Below, one piece after another: positions 1 through 23,689 of a DNA stretch of 64,000 bases. The notes under the pieces are model-generated. The model was not told the DNA's origin. It saw only the letters and a program-made list of their open reading frames with translations, and made no database searches. Within the stretch, counting starts at the first letter, position 1; the number at the start of each line of letters is the position of its first letter. The stretch comes from the human T2T-CHM13v2.0 reference genome, Homo sapiens, in NCBI RefSeq assembly GCF_009914755.1, contig NC_060938.1. One strand, written 5' to 3'. Position numbers and translations under genes: made by a program.

Positions 1-97
1 TAGTCTGGAATTAAATATTCCTCTCTAGAGCAGTCTTGTTTCAAATACCACAAACTCTCACCTTTCTTACCAAACTTGTGTACATTTTCTGAAATAG

Positions 98-3760
<3,663 letters not shown>

Positions 3761-3859
3761 ACTTGTCATTTGTTAATGTTAGCTTTACTTGCCATCTGTA
3801 GATGCTAGACATTTTTTGACCCACGAATTATTGCTCCTTTTTGTTTTAAAAAAAAGACT

Positions 3860-4082
3860 GTTTTATATAAGGTCTTTTCAATAGCTTATCTCCCTTCTCT
3901 CATATTTTACTCTAAGAAGCCAGAAGAATCAGGAAATGCTTTTGACATCCATCCTGAAAACCTTCTTAGATCACCCATTTCACTAGGTACATTTTCTACC
4001 TTCCATTTTACTGCAGATTATACTGGTGCTAAACTTTTTGCCACTAGGTGACCAGAATCCATGTTTTTCTAGTTTTTTCAGT
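3860..4082 (-). mobile_element. MaLR (MLT1) internal fragment; continues at 6371-6584
   Basis: Resembles MLT-int and reads contiguously with 6371 onward once the 4083-6370 insert is removed. Confidence 0.55.
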
Positions 4083-5755
4083 TTATTTTTATAGTTTAAG
4101 GGGTACAAGTGCAATATTGTTACATGGATACATTACATAGCAGTGATGTCTGGGCTTTTGGTGTAGCCATCACTTGAATAGTGTACATTGTACCCATTAG
4201 TTAATTCCTCATCCCTCACTCTCTGGTACCCTCCCCACCTTTCCGGTCTTCAATGTCTATTATTTCACTATGTCCATGTGTACACATTATTTAGCTCCCA
4301 CTTATAAGTGAGAACATGTAGTATTTGACTTTCTGGTACTGAGTTATTTCACTTAAGATAATGGCCTCCAGTTCTATTCATGTTGCTGCAGAAACATGAT
4401 TATATTCTTTTTTATGGCTGATTAGTATTCTATGGTATGTGTGTATACACACACACACACACAAAGTTATATATGTATGTATATACTCCATATATACATA
4501 TGTGTGTATATACTCCATATATACATATGTGTGTATATACTCCATATATACATATGTGTGTATATACTCCATATATACATATGTGTGTATATACTCCATA
4601 TATACATATGTGTGTATATACTCCATATATACATATGTGTGTATATACTCCATATATACATATGTGTGTATATACTCCATATATACATATGTGTGTATAT
4701 ACTCCATATATACATATGTGTGTATATACTCCATATATACATATGTGTGTATATACTCCATATATACATATGTGTGTATATACTCCATATATACATATGT
4801 GTGTATATACTCCATATATACATATGTGTGTATATACTCCATATATACATATGTGTGTATATACTCCATATATACATATGTGTGTATATACTCCATATAT
4901 ACATATGTGTGTATATACTCCATATATACATATGTGTGTATATACTCCATATATACATATGTGTGTATATACTCCATATATACATATGTGTGTATATACT
5001 CCATATATACATATGTGTGTATATACTCCATATATACATATGTGTGTATATACTCCATGGTGTGTGTATGTATGTATATATGTGTGCGTATGTATATACA
5101 CAATATATATGTATTTATAACAGATACATATATGTTATGGAGGTGTGTGTATGTGTATATATATGTGTGTGTATTCCATGGTGTGTACACTACACACATA
5201 TATATAAAATGTTCCTAGCCACACGTGGTGGCTCACACCTGTAATCCCAGCACTTTGGGAGGCCGAGACAGGCAGATCACGAGGTCAGGAGTTCAAGACC
5301 AGTCTGGCCAACATAGTGAAACCCCATTTCTATTAAAAATACAAAAAATTGGCCAGGCGTGGTGGCAGGCACCTATAATCCCAGCTACGCAGGAGAGTAG
5401 ACCAGCCTGGCCAACGTGGTGAAACTCCGTCTCTACTAAAAATACAAAAATTAGCCAGATGTGGTGGCACACACTTGTAATCCCAGCTACTTGGGAGGCT
5501 GAGGCACAAGAATCTCTTCAACCCAGGAGACAGAGGTTGCAGCCTAGGCAATAGAGTGAGACTATGTCCTAAAAAAAAAAAAAATCCCAGTACCATTTAT
5601 TGAAGAGTGTCATTTTCTCAGTGTATGTTTTTGTCAACTTTGTCAAAAATCAGTTGGCTATGAGTATATGGCTTTATTACTGGGTTCCCTATTCTGTTCC
5701 ATTGATCTATGTGTCTATTTTTATACCACGTTGTTTTGGTTACTATAATCTTGTA
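4083..5755 (-). mobile_element. L1 3' end (L1MA-like), interrupted by a minisatellite and Alus
   Basis: Typical L1 3'UTR antisense motifs (ttagctcccacttataagtgagaacatg; ctattctgttccattgatctatgtgtc). Confidence 0.9.
4490..5056. repeat. minisatellite, 21 copies of the 27-mer ATATATACATATGTGTGTATATACTCC
   Basis: 567 nt / 27 = 21 apparently identical units; degenerate TA/TG/CA flanks 4430-5210. Confidence 0.97.
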
Positions 5756-6368
5756 CACTGGCTATATTAGACATGAGTGTTCTTTCAGAGCACAGCTTGG
5801 CTGTGATTTTCCACATTTCTGTTTCACTGTAACAGTTTGCACATCTTGTGCTAGAAAAGAATTTTCCACAGCTTATGTCAGCTCAAGTTCTGAATTATTT
5901 CTTTGTGCAACTTGTTCTACTCTGGGTGTGGACAATTTATTTGCATCTAGGAATGATTCAATAGATGCATTCTCTAAAATGTCACTGAGATATTACACTG
6001 TTTTATTCTATTCTGTCTTCTGGGAGTTGAAAGACTTCTTTTTCTTTTTAGTTTGAGGTGACTTCTTTGCCAAAACCTCTTGTTCGCGATTTGCCTGAAC
6101 TAAATTTGTAGATACTTTTGATTTCTCCCAATTATTACGATCTTACAATAGAGTAAGAAGACAAGTCTGTTGGTTCAATTCAATGTTTCCAGTAATGCTA
6201 AATATCTCTGTCAAGATTTAATGTCTCTATGTATGTAAACTCCAACTGTTTCTGAAATTCATCAGCCTGATTCTGATCAAAAAGACATTATTCTCAGAAG
6301 TGCTTTTGTAGATAACACCAAAATACTCACTAAAAGAAGCAAGCGTATTCCTATGAGCTTTAAACTGG
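5755..6368 (-). pseudogene. MYNN: processed pseudogene fragment of myoneurin (MYNN/ZBTB31): part of BTB domain and linker
   Basis: Manual minus-strand translation: QFKAHRNTLASFSEYFGVIYKSTSENNVF..FQKQLEFTYIETLNLD / EIFSITGNIELNQQTCLLTL..KVSTNLVQAN..LAKKSPQTKKKKKSFNS..SDILENASIESFLDANKL..SQPSCALKEHS.MSNIAS, matching MYNN as I recall it; stops and frameshifts present; no intron. Confidence 0.88.
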
Positions 6369-6370
6369 TC

Positions 6371-7320
<950 letters not shown>

Positions 7321-7468
7321 GGTCAGATGCGGATGATAATAGGAAATGCATTTAATATCTTGAAAACTAGCAAAAGAAAAAAAAAGGAAAGGATTAAACG
7401 TGTATCCTGCATTTCTTTAGATGAAGCATCTAAAATATAAGGGAAAAGATTGAAAGTAAAAGAATGAA

Positions 7469-7492
7469 ATATATATATATATATATATATAT
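7469..7492. repeat. (AT)n microsatellite
   Basis: About 12 AT units. Confidence 0.9.
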
Positions 7493-8849
7493 CGCATACA
7501 TTAACCAAAAGAATGCTAGTGTAGCTATGCTCATATCAATCATAGTAGACATAAAGGGGAAGAGCAATACTAGACACAAAGAAGGACGTTTTATAATGAC
7601 CAAGGGGCCAATGAAACAGAAGGTTATAGTCATCATAAAACCATATAAATTTACTAACATAACCTCAAACACATATAAAGCAAAACCCAACCAGACGTAA
7701 AGGAGAAATGGACAAATTTTCATTCATAGTCGAGGAGTTTAACACCTCTCCCTTGGAAAACGATAGATTGATAGGACAATCTGACAAAAATATTGGTAAG
7801 GATATAGAGATATGAACAGCAAAATTAATAAACTTGTCATAATTGACATATATAGAACACTAATAGCATCTAATATATGTTAGAATATATGTTCTTTTCA
7901 AGATTTATGGATATTTACCAAAATAGAGCATACATCTATCTGTTGTGGAAAGTCTCCAAAAATTTCAAAGGATTGAAATAATACTAACTATGTTCTCTTC
8001 ATGAATACTGTGAAATTGAGCTGTAAATCACCAAGATAACTATAAAATCCCCAACTGCATAGAAATTAAGTAATAAACTACTGTATAGCCTCAGTTCAAA
8101 TTAAATCACAATTCTTCACTGTTAAATAAATCAGTCAATCACAATGGCAATAAGATGCTACAAAGATTATAAAGATAAAAGAACACTATCAACATTATGT
8201 CAAGTTTAGAATTAAAATATTTAAAAATTCTTGAAAAACATAACTTACCAAAACAGACAAATAAACTGATAATTTGAATAATCCTATACCTAATAAAGAT
8301 TTAAATCTTTTATGTAAAATTTCCTTACAGGCCAGGCAAAGTGGTTCACACCTGTACTCCTAGCACTTTGGGAGGCCAAGGCAGTAGGATTGCTTGAGCC
8401 CAGGAGTTTGAGACCAGGCTGGGCAATGTAGTAAGACCTCATCTCTACAAAAGAATCAGAAAATGAGCAAGGCATGGTGGCGTTCACTTGGAGCCCCAGC
8501 TACTTAGGAGGCTGAGGTGGGAGGACCACCTGAGCCCAGAAGGTAGAGGCTGCAGTAAGCCAAGATTGCACCACTGCATTCCAGCCTGCACAACAGAGTG
8601 AGATCTGTCTAAAAAAAAAAAAGAAAAAAAAATCTTACAAAAAACCTCTAGGTCCTGGTAGGTTTATCATTAAAATTTCCAGGGGAGGGCTGGGCGCGGT
8701 GGCTCACACCTGTAATCCTAGCACTTTGGGAGGCCAAGGTGGGTGGATCACCTGAGGTCAGGAGTTCGAGACCAGCCTGGCCAATATGATGAAACCCTGT
8801 CTCTACTAAAAATACAAAAATTAGCCTGTCATGATGGTGGGCGCCTTTA

Positions 8850-8963
<114 letters not shown>

Positions 8964-9376
8964 TCAAAAAAAAAAAAAAAAAAATCCAGGGGAACATGTT
9001 CTTAGGACCCCCTGAGGTCTGTGTCACGAAAGCAAAATTAAAAGAAAAAAAGTAAAAATTGCCAAACACTTAAAGAATAAATGATATTTATATTACACAA
9101 AATCTTCCAGGAATTAGAAAAAGAGAAAATACTGCCCAATTCATACTAAGAGGCCAGCACAACCTTGATACCAAAACCTGGAAAAGAACATTAAAAGGAA
9201 AGAAACCTATAGGTCAATTGCTCTCATAAACATAGACACAAAAATTCTAAATAAAATATTAGCAAGACAAATCCAGCAATCTATAAAAGGGTAAATGTTG
9301 TATGATATTGAGTTTATTCCAAAAATATAAAGTTGATTTAACATTTAAATTAAAGGATAAAAATGCACTTGTCACA

Positions 9377-9669
9377 GGCGGTACAGGCCGGTCAAAGGGA
9401 CGCCGGCGCTGAGGGACACCGCAGCATGAAGCAGAGGTGGGGAAGCTGAGGCAGGAAGCCCTTTAGTCACTTGCTGAAGGCCACGCTGTTACCCGTGGGA
9501 CCGGATTTGGGCGGCCGAAGAGCACTCATCCGACAGTGGGGCCGGATTCACGCCCCGGGCCCGTTCCCTCCTGCTCCCTGGTGCTCCTCACGCCATCGGC
9601 CCCACTGCCTCTCACTGCCCGGTGTCCTGCTATGTCAGCCTCTGCTGTCCACTTCAAGAAGTGTCTCAG
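9377..9669 (+). other. non-SVA CpG-rich sequence carried inside the SVA TSD (5' transduction or template switch)
   Basis: Lies between the left TSD and the SVA body; GC/CpG-rich in an AT-rich L1 context. Confidence 0.85.
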
Positions 9670-10893
9670 GATGCCGAGTCGAAGCTGGACTGTACTGCTG
9701 CCATCTCGGCTCACTGCAACCTCCCTGCCTGATTCTCCTGCCTCAGCCTGCCGAGTGCCTGCGATTGCAGGCGCGCGCCGCCACGCCTGACTGGTTTTCG
9801 TATTTTTTTGGTGGAGACGGGGTTTCGCCGTGTTGGCCGGGCTGGTCTCCAGCTCCTAACCACGAGTGATCCGCCAGCCTCGGCCTCCCGAGGTGCCGGG
9901 ATTGCAGACGGAGTCTCGTTCACTCAGTGCTCAATGTTGTTGCCCAGGCTGGAGTGCAGTGGCGTGATCTCGGCTCGCTACAACCTCCACCTCCCAGCAG
10001 CCTGCCTTGGCCTCCCAAAGTGCCGAGATTGCAGCCTCTGCCCGGCCGCCACCCCGTCTGGGAAGTGAGGAGCGTCTCTGCCTGGCTGCCCATCGTCTGG
10101 GATGTGAGGAGCCCCTCTGCCTGGCTGCCCAGTTTGGAAAGTGAGGAGCGTCTCTGCCCCCCGCCATCCCGTCTAGGAAATGAGGAGCGTCTCTGCCCGG
10201 CCGCCCATCGTCTGAGATGTGGGAAGCGCCTCTGCCCCGCCGCCCCGTCTGGGATGTGAGGAGCGCCTCTGCCCGGCCGCGACCCCGTCTGGGAGGTGAG
10301 GAGCGTCTCTGCCCGGCCACCCCTACTGGGAAGTGAGGAGCCCCTCTGCCCGGCCACCACCCGGTCTGGGAGGTGTACCCAACAGCTCATTGAGAATGGG
10401 CCATGATGACAATGGCGGTTTTGTGGAATAGAAAAGGGGGAAAGGTGGGGAAAAGATTGAGAAATCGGATGGTTGCCGTGTCTGTGTAGAAAGAAGTAGA
10501 CATGGGAGACTTTTCATTTTGTTCTGTACTAAGAAAAATTCTTCTGCCTTGGGATCCTGTTGATCTGTGACCTTACCCCCAACCCTGTGCTCTCTGAAAC
10601 ATGTGCTGTGTCCACTCAGGGTTAAATGGATTAAGGGCGGTGCAAGATGTGCTTTGTTAAACAGATGCTTGAAGGCAGCATGCTCGTTAAGAGTCAACAC
10701 CACTCCCTAATCTCAAGTACCCAGGGACACAAACACTGCGGAAGGCCGCAGGGTCCTCTGCCTAGGAAAACCAGAGACCTTTGTTCACATGTTTATCTGC
10801 TGACCTTCCCTCCACTATTGTCCTATGACCCTGCCAAATCCCCCTCTCTGGGAAACACCCAAGAATGATCAATAAATACTTAAAAAAAAAAAA
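9670..10893 (+). mobile_element. SVA retrotransposon (C/D-like) lacking the CCCTCT hexamer head
   Basis: Alu-like domain from gatgccgagtcgaagctggactg, GC-rich VNTR about 10030-10370, SINE-R, AATAAA 10871-10876, poly(A); TSD AAAAATGCACTTGTCACA at 9359-9376 and 10889-10906. Confidence 0.97.
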
Positions 10894-11139
10894 TGCACTT
10901 GTCACAACTGATGGAGAATAAGCATTTGATAAAATGCTATACCCATTCAGGATTTAAAAAAAAAAATCTTTGCTATGAATTTGTTCAGCAGCAATAGAAA
11001 CAAAATAAATAAAAACTTTTTTAGAAACCTTTTTAAGTAGTGATGAAAGAGTATTTCCTTAATTAATCTGAGAAAAGATTACTATAAAAAAGCATAGCAA
11101 ACAAAATATTTATTGCCAAATATTAAAAGCTTTCCCACT

Positions 11140-15591
<4,452 letters not shown>

Positions 15592-16121
15592 CTACATGGA
15601 CAACAGGAAGAAAAAAAAAAAAAGAACTGAGCCTTAGGTACCGTTGGAAAATAACAAAAGAGATCTAGCATTTGTGTGATCAGAGTCTTAGAAAAGAGAA
15701 AGAGAGTGGGGATGAACAAATTTCAAAAAAATAATGGCTGGATGTTCCCCAAATTTGGCAACAGACGTAAACGTAGATTCAAGAAGCTGAGGAAACTCTT
15801 GACAGATGAACCCAAAGAAATCCAGAACAAGGACATCATAATCACACTTTTGAAAACTAAGGACAAAGAAAACATCTTGAAATCAGCCAAAGGTGCATTA
15901 CCTATAAGGGGACAAAATCCATTTATTTTTATTTTTATTTAATTTTATTATTTTTTAAATTCAAATACCAACTCGAAGCAGAGGGGAACAACAATTCAAA
16001 TGTCATGAGAAATCATAGAGGCAAGAAGGAAGTGGCACACTTTTCAAGTGCTGAGAGAATAGTCAACCCAACATTTTATGTGCATAAAATATCCTTCAGG
16101 ATGGAAATTCAGTTACACACA

Positions 16122-16321
16122 TTTTCTCTTTCTCTCTTTCTTTTCTTTCTTTTTTTTCCTTTTTCTTTCTCCTTCCTTCCTTTCTTTCTGGTTTTCTTCT
16201 TTCCTTTCTTTTTCCTTCCTTCCTTCTTTTCTTTTTCTCTTTCTCCTTCCTTCCTTCTTCTCTTCTTTCTCTTTCTTCTTTCTTTCTCTTTCATGTTCTT
16301 TTCTTTTTTTTTTTTTTTTTT
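16122..16321. repeat. CT-rich low-complexity tract (expanded Alu tail)
   Basis: 200 nt of almost pure pyrimidine adjoining the Alu at 16303-16587. Confidence 0.9.
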
Positions 16322-16802
16322 GCAGGGTCTCAATCTGTTGTCCAGGCTGGAGTGAAGTGGTGCAATCAGAGCTCACTGCAGCTTTGTCCTCCCAGGCTTA
16401 ATTGATCCTCCCACTTCAGCCTCATGAGTACCTGGTACTACAGGCATGTGCCATCATATCCAGCTAATTTTGTACAGGGTCTCACCATGTTGCCCAGGCT
16501 GGTCTTGAACTCCTGGGCTCAAGCGATCTGCTCACCTCGGCTTCTCTAAGTGCTGGGATTACAAGTGTGAGCCACTGCATCTGGCCAAGACATTTTCAAA
16601 TAAAGGAAAATTAAGAACTTTTGCCAGCCAATCTATCCTTTAAAATGGCCGAAGGAAGCTTTCGAAACAGATGGAAAATGATAAAAGAAGGAATCTTTAA
16701 ATAGCAGTAATGAGAAAAGAACAATGGAAAGGGTAAAAACATGGTTAACAACAACAAAAAAATTATCTTCTTGGTTTTTAAAAAGATTACATTTGACGGC
16801 AG

Positions 16803-17413
16803 TATTACAGGTAGTCAGGCATGAGTGGCACAGGAGAGGACTGACTCTCCCTGCACCCATTAGAAATGTCTGGTGATGGTTCGGCAGTTACCACATTGCC
16901 TCTCTAAAAATGATAATGTGGCAGGGCCAGGGAGAGGCCATTTCCTGATGGTCCACACCTGTTAATTGAATGCAGGTTCCAGGGAGAAGCAACTTCCTGG
17001 TCATGGATGTTAAGAGACAAAAATGGTGAAGTATGATTTTCTGGGGACGCACCACCAGAAAAAGGAAGAAAGCCTCAGATTGGGCATGCATATAACTCCC
17101 TAAACACACTGAACAGGCTCGGTTCCAAAGGGTAAGGAAAGCACTGGGCATGCGGAAAGCCCACCCTATGGGAAGAATCCTGGGAAAGAGGCAAACTTAC
17201 GAAAGTCCTAGGATCATGGTTAAACGGCATTTGACCTTCTCTATTAAACTTCATGTGCCTGCTTTTTTTTTTTATTCCAAGCGCACCTTCCTTTCTTTCC
17301 TATTCTAAGGCCTTTTTAAATAAACTTCCATTCCTGCTCTGGAACTTGCCATGGACCCATACAGATAGGCTGCTGGTACCTTGGGGTAACTCAGATCTCT
17401 GCCACTGCTAACA
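16803..17413 (+). mobile_element. solo LTR, ERV1 (MER66/MER50-like)
   Basis: tattacaggtagtcaggcatgag...gctaaca; flanks gcag/gtag; AATAAA near 17319. Confidence 0.7.
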
Positions 17414-18081
17414 GTAGAAGCAAAAATCATAAAATTATTTAATGAGGTTCTCTAATAGGTAGAGGAAATATTTAATACAATTGTATTATGAATGGGGAGG
17501 GTAAGGTATATAAATAAGGTAAATTTTCTACATTTCACTTGACATGGTAAAACAATAGTAGTATACTGTAATCCATTTTGTATGTATAAGGCAACACCTA
17601 GAGCAACCACTCAAAACAACTATAAAAAGAGATACCCTCAAAAACACTGTAAAATACTACCCACAGAGTGAAAATGCAATCCACAAAATGGGAAAAAATA
17701 TTTGCAAGTCATATATCTCATAAAAAATTGCTATCCAGACTATATAAATAACTGCTACAATTCAACAACATTAAAACAAACAACCTGATTTTGAAATGGG
17801 CAAAGAACTTGAATTAACAAACATTGCACCAAAGAAGATATACAAATGGTCAATAAGCACATGAAAAGATGCTCAACATCATTAATAATTAGGTAAATGC
17901 AAATCAAAGCCACATTGAGATACCACTTCACACTCATTAGGATGCTATTATAAAACAAACAGTGCCGGACATGGTGGCTCACGCCTCTAATCCTAGCACT
18001 TTGGGAGGCCGAGGTGGGCAGATGACCTGAGGTCAGGAGTTCAAGACCAACCTGGGCAATGTAGGGAGACCCCATCTCTTA

Positions 18082-18532
<451 letters not shown>

Positions 18533-18961
18533 TCACTACAACTTCTGCAACCCAAACTCAAAGGAGACTTTCACCTCAGCCTCCCAAGTAGATGGAACTG
18601 CAGGCATGTGCCACCACATCTGGCTAATTTTTGTATTCTTTGTAGAGACGGAGTTTCACAATGTTGCTCAGGCTGGTCTCAATGAATTATATTTCTATAG
18701 ACCAGTAATAAACATGGAGAAGATGAAATTAAAACACAATATCATTTGCAATCATTAAAAAAATACTTAAATACTTAGGTGTAAATCTCACAAAACCTGT
18801 ACAGGATCTGTATGCTCAAAACTACAAACCAATGATAAAATAAATCAAAGATCAAAATAAATGGAAGGACATACCATGTTCATGGATTGGAGGACTAAGC
18901 ATGGCAAACATGTTCAATTCTCCCAAATTAATATACAGATCTAACATATTTCCTATTATAA

Positions 18962-19665
18962 TGAAACCATCATTGCGAAATTATAACTAAGACAGTGAAA
19001 GAGATCTGACCTAACCTCCATCTTGCTTCTAACCTCTAAGCTGCTCTTGTTCATTCCTGACAGTAGGCCAAACTAAGTTTGGGAGGAACTTAATGTACAG
19101 TCTATAGTTTGAAACAAACATAATAACAGCCCTTTCCCAAAACAAACCCCCTTCTTGCCTGAGGACTAGACTGCCTTTGTAGGACCAACAAATTAGCCAA
19201 AAGATCAGAAATTATGGTTTAGGATTCACGCAGCTAGAGGCTACAAGATTCTGACCCTTCCCAAGTTGATCCAGTGGATAACAACACTATTATAAAACCT
19301 AAGATAAGTACTTGAAATATTTTGCAAATCCTGTACTCAGTGAATCAACTGATACCACCCAGATCAATAAACTGGCTCATTTGGTTTTGTGGCCCCTACC
19401 CAGGAACTGACTCAGCACAAGAGGATGGATAGCTTTGACTCCCTATTATTTCATCTCTGGCCAATCAGAACTCCCTGTCTGAACTCAGACTCACTTTCTC
19501 CCTACCCACCAAATTATCCTTAAAAACTTCAATCCCCAAATTCTCAGGGAGACTGATGAGTAATAAAACTCCAGTGTGAATTACTCTTTCTCTATTGCAA
19601 TTCCCATCTTGATAAATCGGCTCCGTCTAGGCAGCGGGCAAGATGAACCTGTGGGGCTGTTTACA
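18962..19665 (+). mobile_element. solo LTR, LTR8 family (ERV1)
   Basis: tgaaacc...gacagtgaaagagatctgacctaacc start and ...ttaca end. Confidence 0.8.
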
Positions 19666-19748
19666 ACCTAGTCAATATTTTTAGAAATAGACAAGCTTAT
19701 TCTAAAATTCATATGGAGGCCAGGCACGGTGGCTCACGCCTGTAATCA

Positions 19749-20458
<710 letters not shown>

Positions 20459-23400
20459 CTAGAATATATGAAGAATTCTCAAAACACAATGGTTAAAAAC
20501 AATCCAATTATAAAATGGGCAAGAGGCATGCAGATACATTTCACCAAAGATGACATATGGATGGCAAATAAGCACATGAAAACATGTTAAACATCATTAG
20601 CCATTAGGGAAATGCAAACAAATGAAAACCAGTATCAATACATCTCTGATAGAACAGTGAAAATAAAAACTAGTGCTAATCCTATATCCTGGCAAAAATG
20701 CAGAGGAACTGCATCTCTTATTGTTGGTAGGAATGTAAAGTGAGATAGCAACTCTGGGAAATAGTTTGGCAGTTTCTTATAAAACTAAACATATACTTAC
20801 CATATTATCCACCATCACACTCCAGGACAATTATCCCAGAGAAATGGAAACTTATATGCACAAAAACTTATACACAAATGTTCATAGCAGCTTTATTTTT
20901 AATAGCCCAAAACTAGAAACAACCCAATGTCCTACAATAGATGAGTGAGCAGTCAGACAAACTGGTACATCCACAGCAATCTGTTAAAAAACGAAAAACT
21001 ATCGGTACATATAATAAAACTTGGATGGAATTCAAGAGCATCATACTGTGGAGGGGAAACCCATTCTCAAAAAGTTAACATATGCTATGTTTGTATCACA
21101 TATATTATGCCATTCATAACTTCTTGAAATGACAAAATTACAGTGAAGATTAGTGATTTCCAGGGGTTAGGGAAGGTGGTGAAAGGATGGGTGATAAGGT
21201 GTGACAATAAGTGGGTAGTACAAGGGTTCCTTTGTGGCAACGGAACAATTCTGTATATTATGGTGGTGGTTAAAGTGCACAACTACACACATACACACAC
21301 ACACACACGAACTGGTGAAATCTGAATAAGACCTGGAGTTTAGTTAATAGTAATGTGCCAGTCAGTGTTGGTTTCTTAGTTTTGACAAAGTTACCATGTT
21401 AACATTAAGATATTAACATAAGGGGGAAACTGGATGAAGGGTATATAAGGAACTCTGTACTGTCTTTGTAACTTTTCTGTAAATCTAACATTCCAACATA
21501 AAAACATTTATTTTATAAAAGCAAAGAAAAAATGCTAATATGACACTATTACACATCAACCAGAATAGATGAAATTACAGTGAAAATAGCAGGTAGGTAA
21601 CATGAGGCAATACTCTTATTTTCCAGTAATTTCCTTTTTAAGCTTTATACCCAGCAGAAATACATATGTTCAACAAGACAATTCTAGAATGTTCATAGCA
21701 GCTTTATTCATAATAGCCAAAACTGGAAACAGCCCAAATGCATAGTAACAGAATGAGTAATTTATACAATTCAATACTGTATACAACAGTATGAATGAAC
21801 GAACTACAACATGCAACAATACAGATGAGTTGTATAGACATACTGTTGAGTCAAAGAAGCCAGACACAAGAGTGCATATTATTTCATTTATTTGAAGTTG
21901 AAAAACAGGCAAAATAAATCTATGCTGTTGAATTAATAGACCATCCTTGGGATAGTGGTATAGTAACTGGAAGAGAACATGCATGGGGCTTCTGGAGTAC
22001 TGGTGATGTTCCAACTCTTAATTTCATACTAGTTTTTGCATGTATTCACGGTGTGAAAAATCACACCTGTACACAATTTGTGTGATTTTCTGTATGTAAA
22101 TTATACTTCAATAAAAAATTTACCAAAAAGCAAACAAACAGCAAGTGAGATATCACTACACACGTATTAAAAAGCCTAAAATTAAAAGAGAAATCAATCA
22201 ATACCAAGTGCCAGCAAGGATGTGGAGCAACAGAAATGTTCATTTACAGATAGTGAGAATATAAATTAGTATAATCACTTCAGAAAAATGGTTGGCAGCC
22301 TCTATATCTAAAGGTGAATATGCACATATTCTATGAACCAGTAATTCCACCCCATTACATACCCATCACAAATGTACACATGCGTGTTCTCAAAAGACAT
22401 GTACAGGAATGTTCATAGTAGTATTATCCCAAACTGAAAATAATCCAAACGTCTTTCAGTGCTGTTGGAGCTTATTAAAGTCAATTACAGCTCAGAATTG
22501 CAGTGAAGTTAACTTCCTTGGGGGCATCCCTCAATCAATTGGAAACAGGAGCCAGCGGATAAATATTTCAGCCTCCTGTTCAGTCAGACAATTCTGGGAA
22601 GCATTATATATCCAACCTCCGTAATACCTTTCTATTGATTTTTCTTCTGTCTCTCTACCATCTTTCCCACTCCTGCATCCTGGAGCCAAACGCCAAATAA
22701 ACTACTGCACTCAAGTTTTTTTTCTCTGAAGATCTGCTCTCAGGGAAGCCCAAACTTCCATGATTCCATTTATAGATGGCTTCAAAACAAGTAAAACCTA
22801 TCTATGGTGATACAAGTCAGAAGAGTGGCTAGGATAACCAGTGGTGGTAATGATGGCAGAGAGATTTCTGGAGTGCTGGTTATGTTCCACATCCTGATCA
22901 GAGTGGTGTTTCAACTGGCATGTTTACTTTGTAAATCTTCATCAAGCTGTATGCTTAAGATGTGTCCATTTTATAGTATATAAGTGTTTTAACTTTAAAA
23001 ATTAAGGAATGTAGGTGTTAAGTGGTACAAGAGATTCCCACTAAGAAAAAAGTGGGCTTTGTAAGGGAAACTGAACTTAAAGGTATTGAAAAACAGATGA
23101 ACAGCCGGGCACAGTGGCTCACGCCTGTAATCCCAGCACTTTGGAAGGCCAAGGCGGGCGGATCACAAGGTCACAAGTTCATGACCAGCCTGACCAACAT
23201 GGTGAAACACCGTCTCTACTAAAAATAACAACAACAAAAAAGCCGGGCGAGGTAGCAGGCGCCTGTAATCCCAGCTACTCAGGAGGCTGAGGCAGAATTA
23301 CTTGAACCTGGGAGGCGGAGGTTGCAGTAAGCCAAGACCATGCCACTGGACTCCAGCCTGGGCAACAGAGCAAGACTCAAAAAAAAATGGACACACCCAA

Positions 23401-23689
23401 CTTTTTGGATAATGCCCCTCTCTCATCCTTGGCATGAGATTACTGATTACGAATTACTGAGGGATTTGTTGGAGACTGACACTAGGAGAGGAATGTGAAC
23501 TATTACAGTGAAAGCTGGACTAGTAAAACTTACCCATAAGAATGCACCCATTTGAGACAGGCACAAGACATTACAACGCTCCTCTAGGTGTGTGTTGAAT
23601 AGTTAGTTCTTCAGCTTTGCTTTGCATTTCTGCTGTTTGCAAGACTGCCTCACAGAGGGTCAATCCTTCCCTTTTTCCTCTCCCTTTTC

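Noticed and set aside
4378-5244. Six long ORFs of 190-273 aa
   Set aside because: Artefact of a stop-free 27-bp tandem repeat.
9471-10868. ORFs across the SVA, including MSASAV resembling AP-1 mu-chain N-termini
   Set aside because: SVA-derived frames; the 6-residue similarity does not continue.
16005-16401. Phe-rich and Lys/Arg-rich ORFs
   Set aside because: Translation of a CT-rich low-complexity tract.
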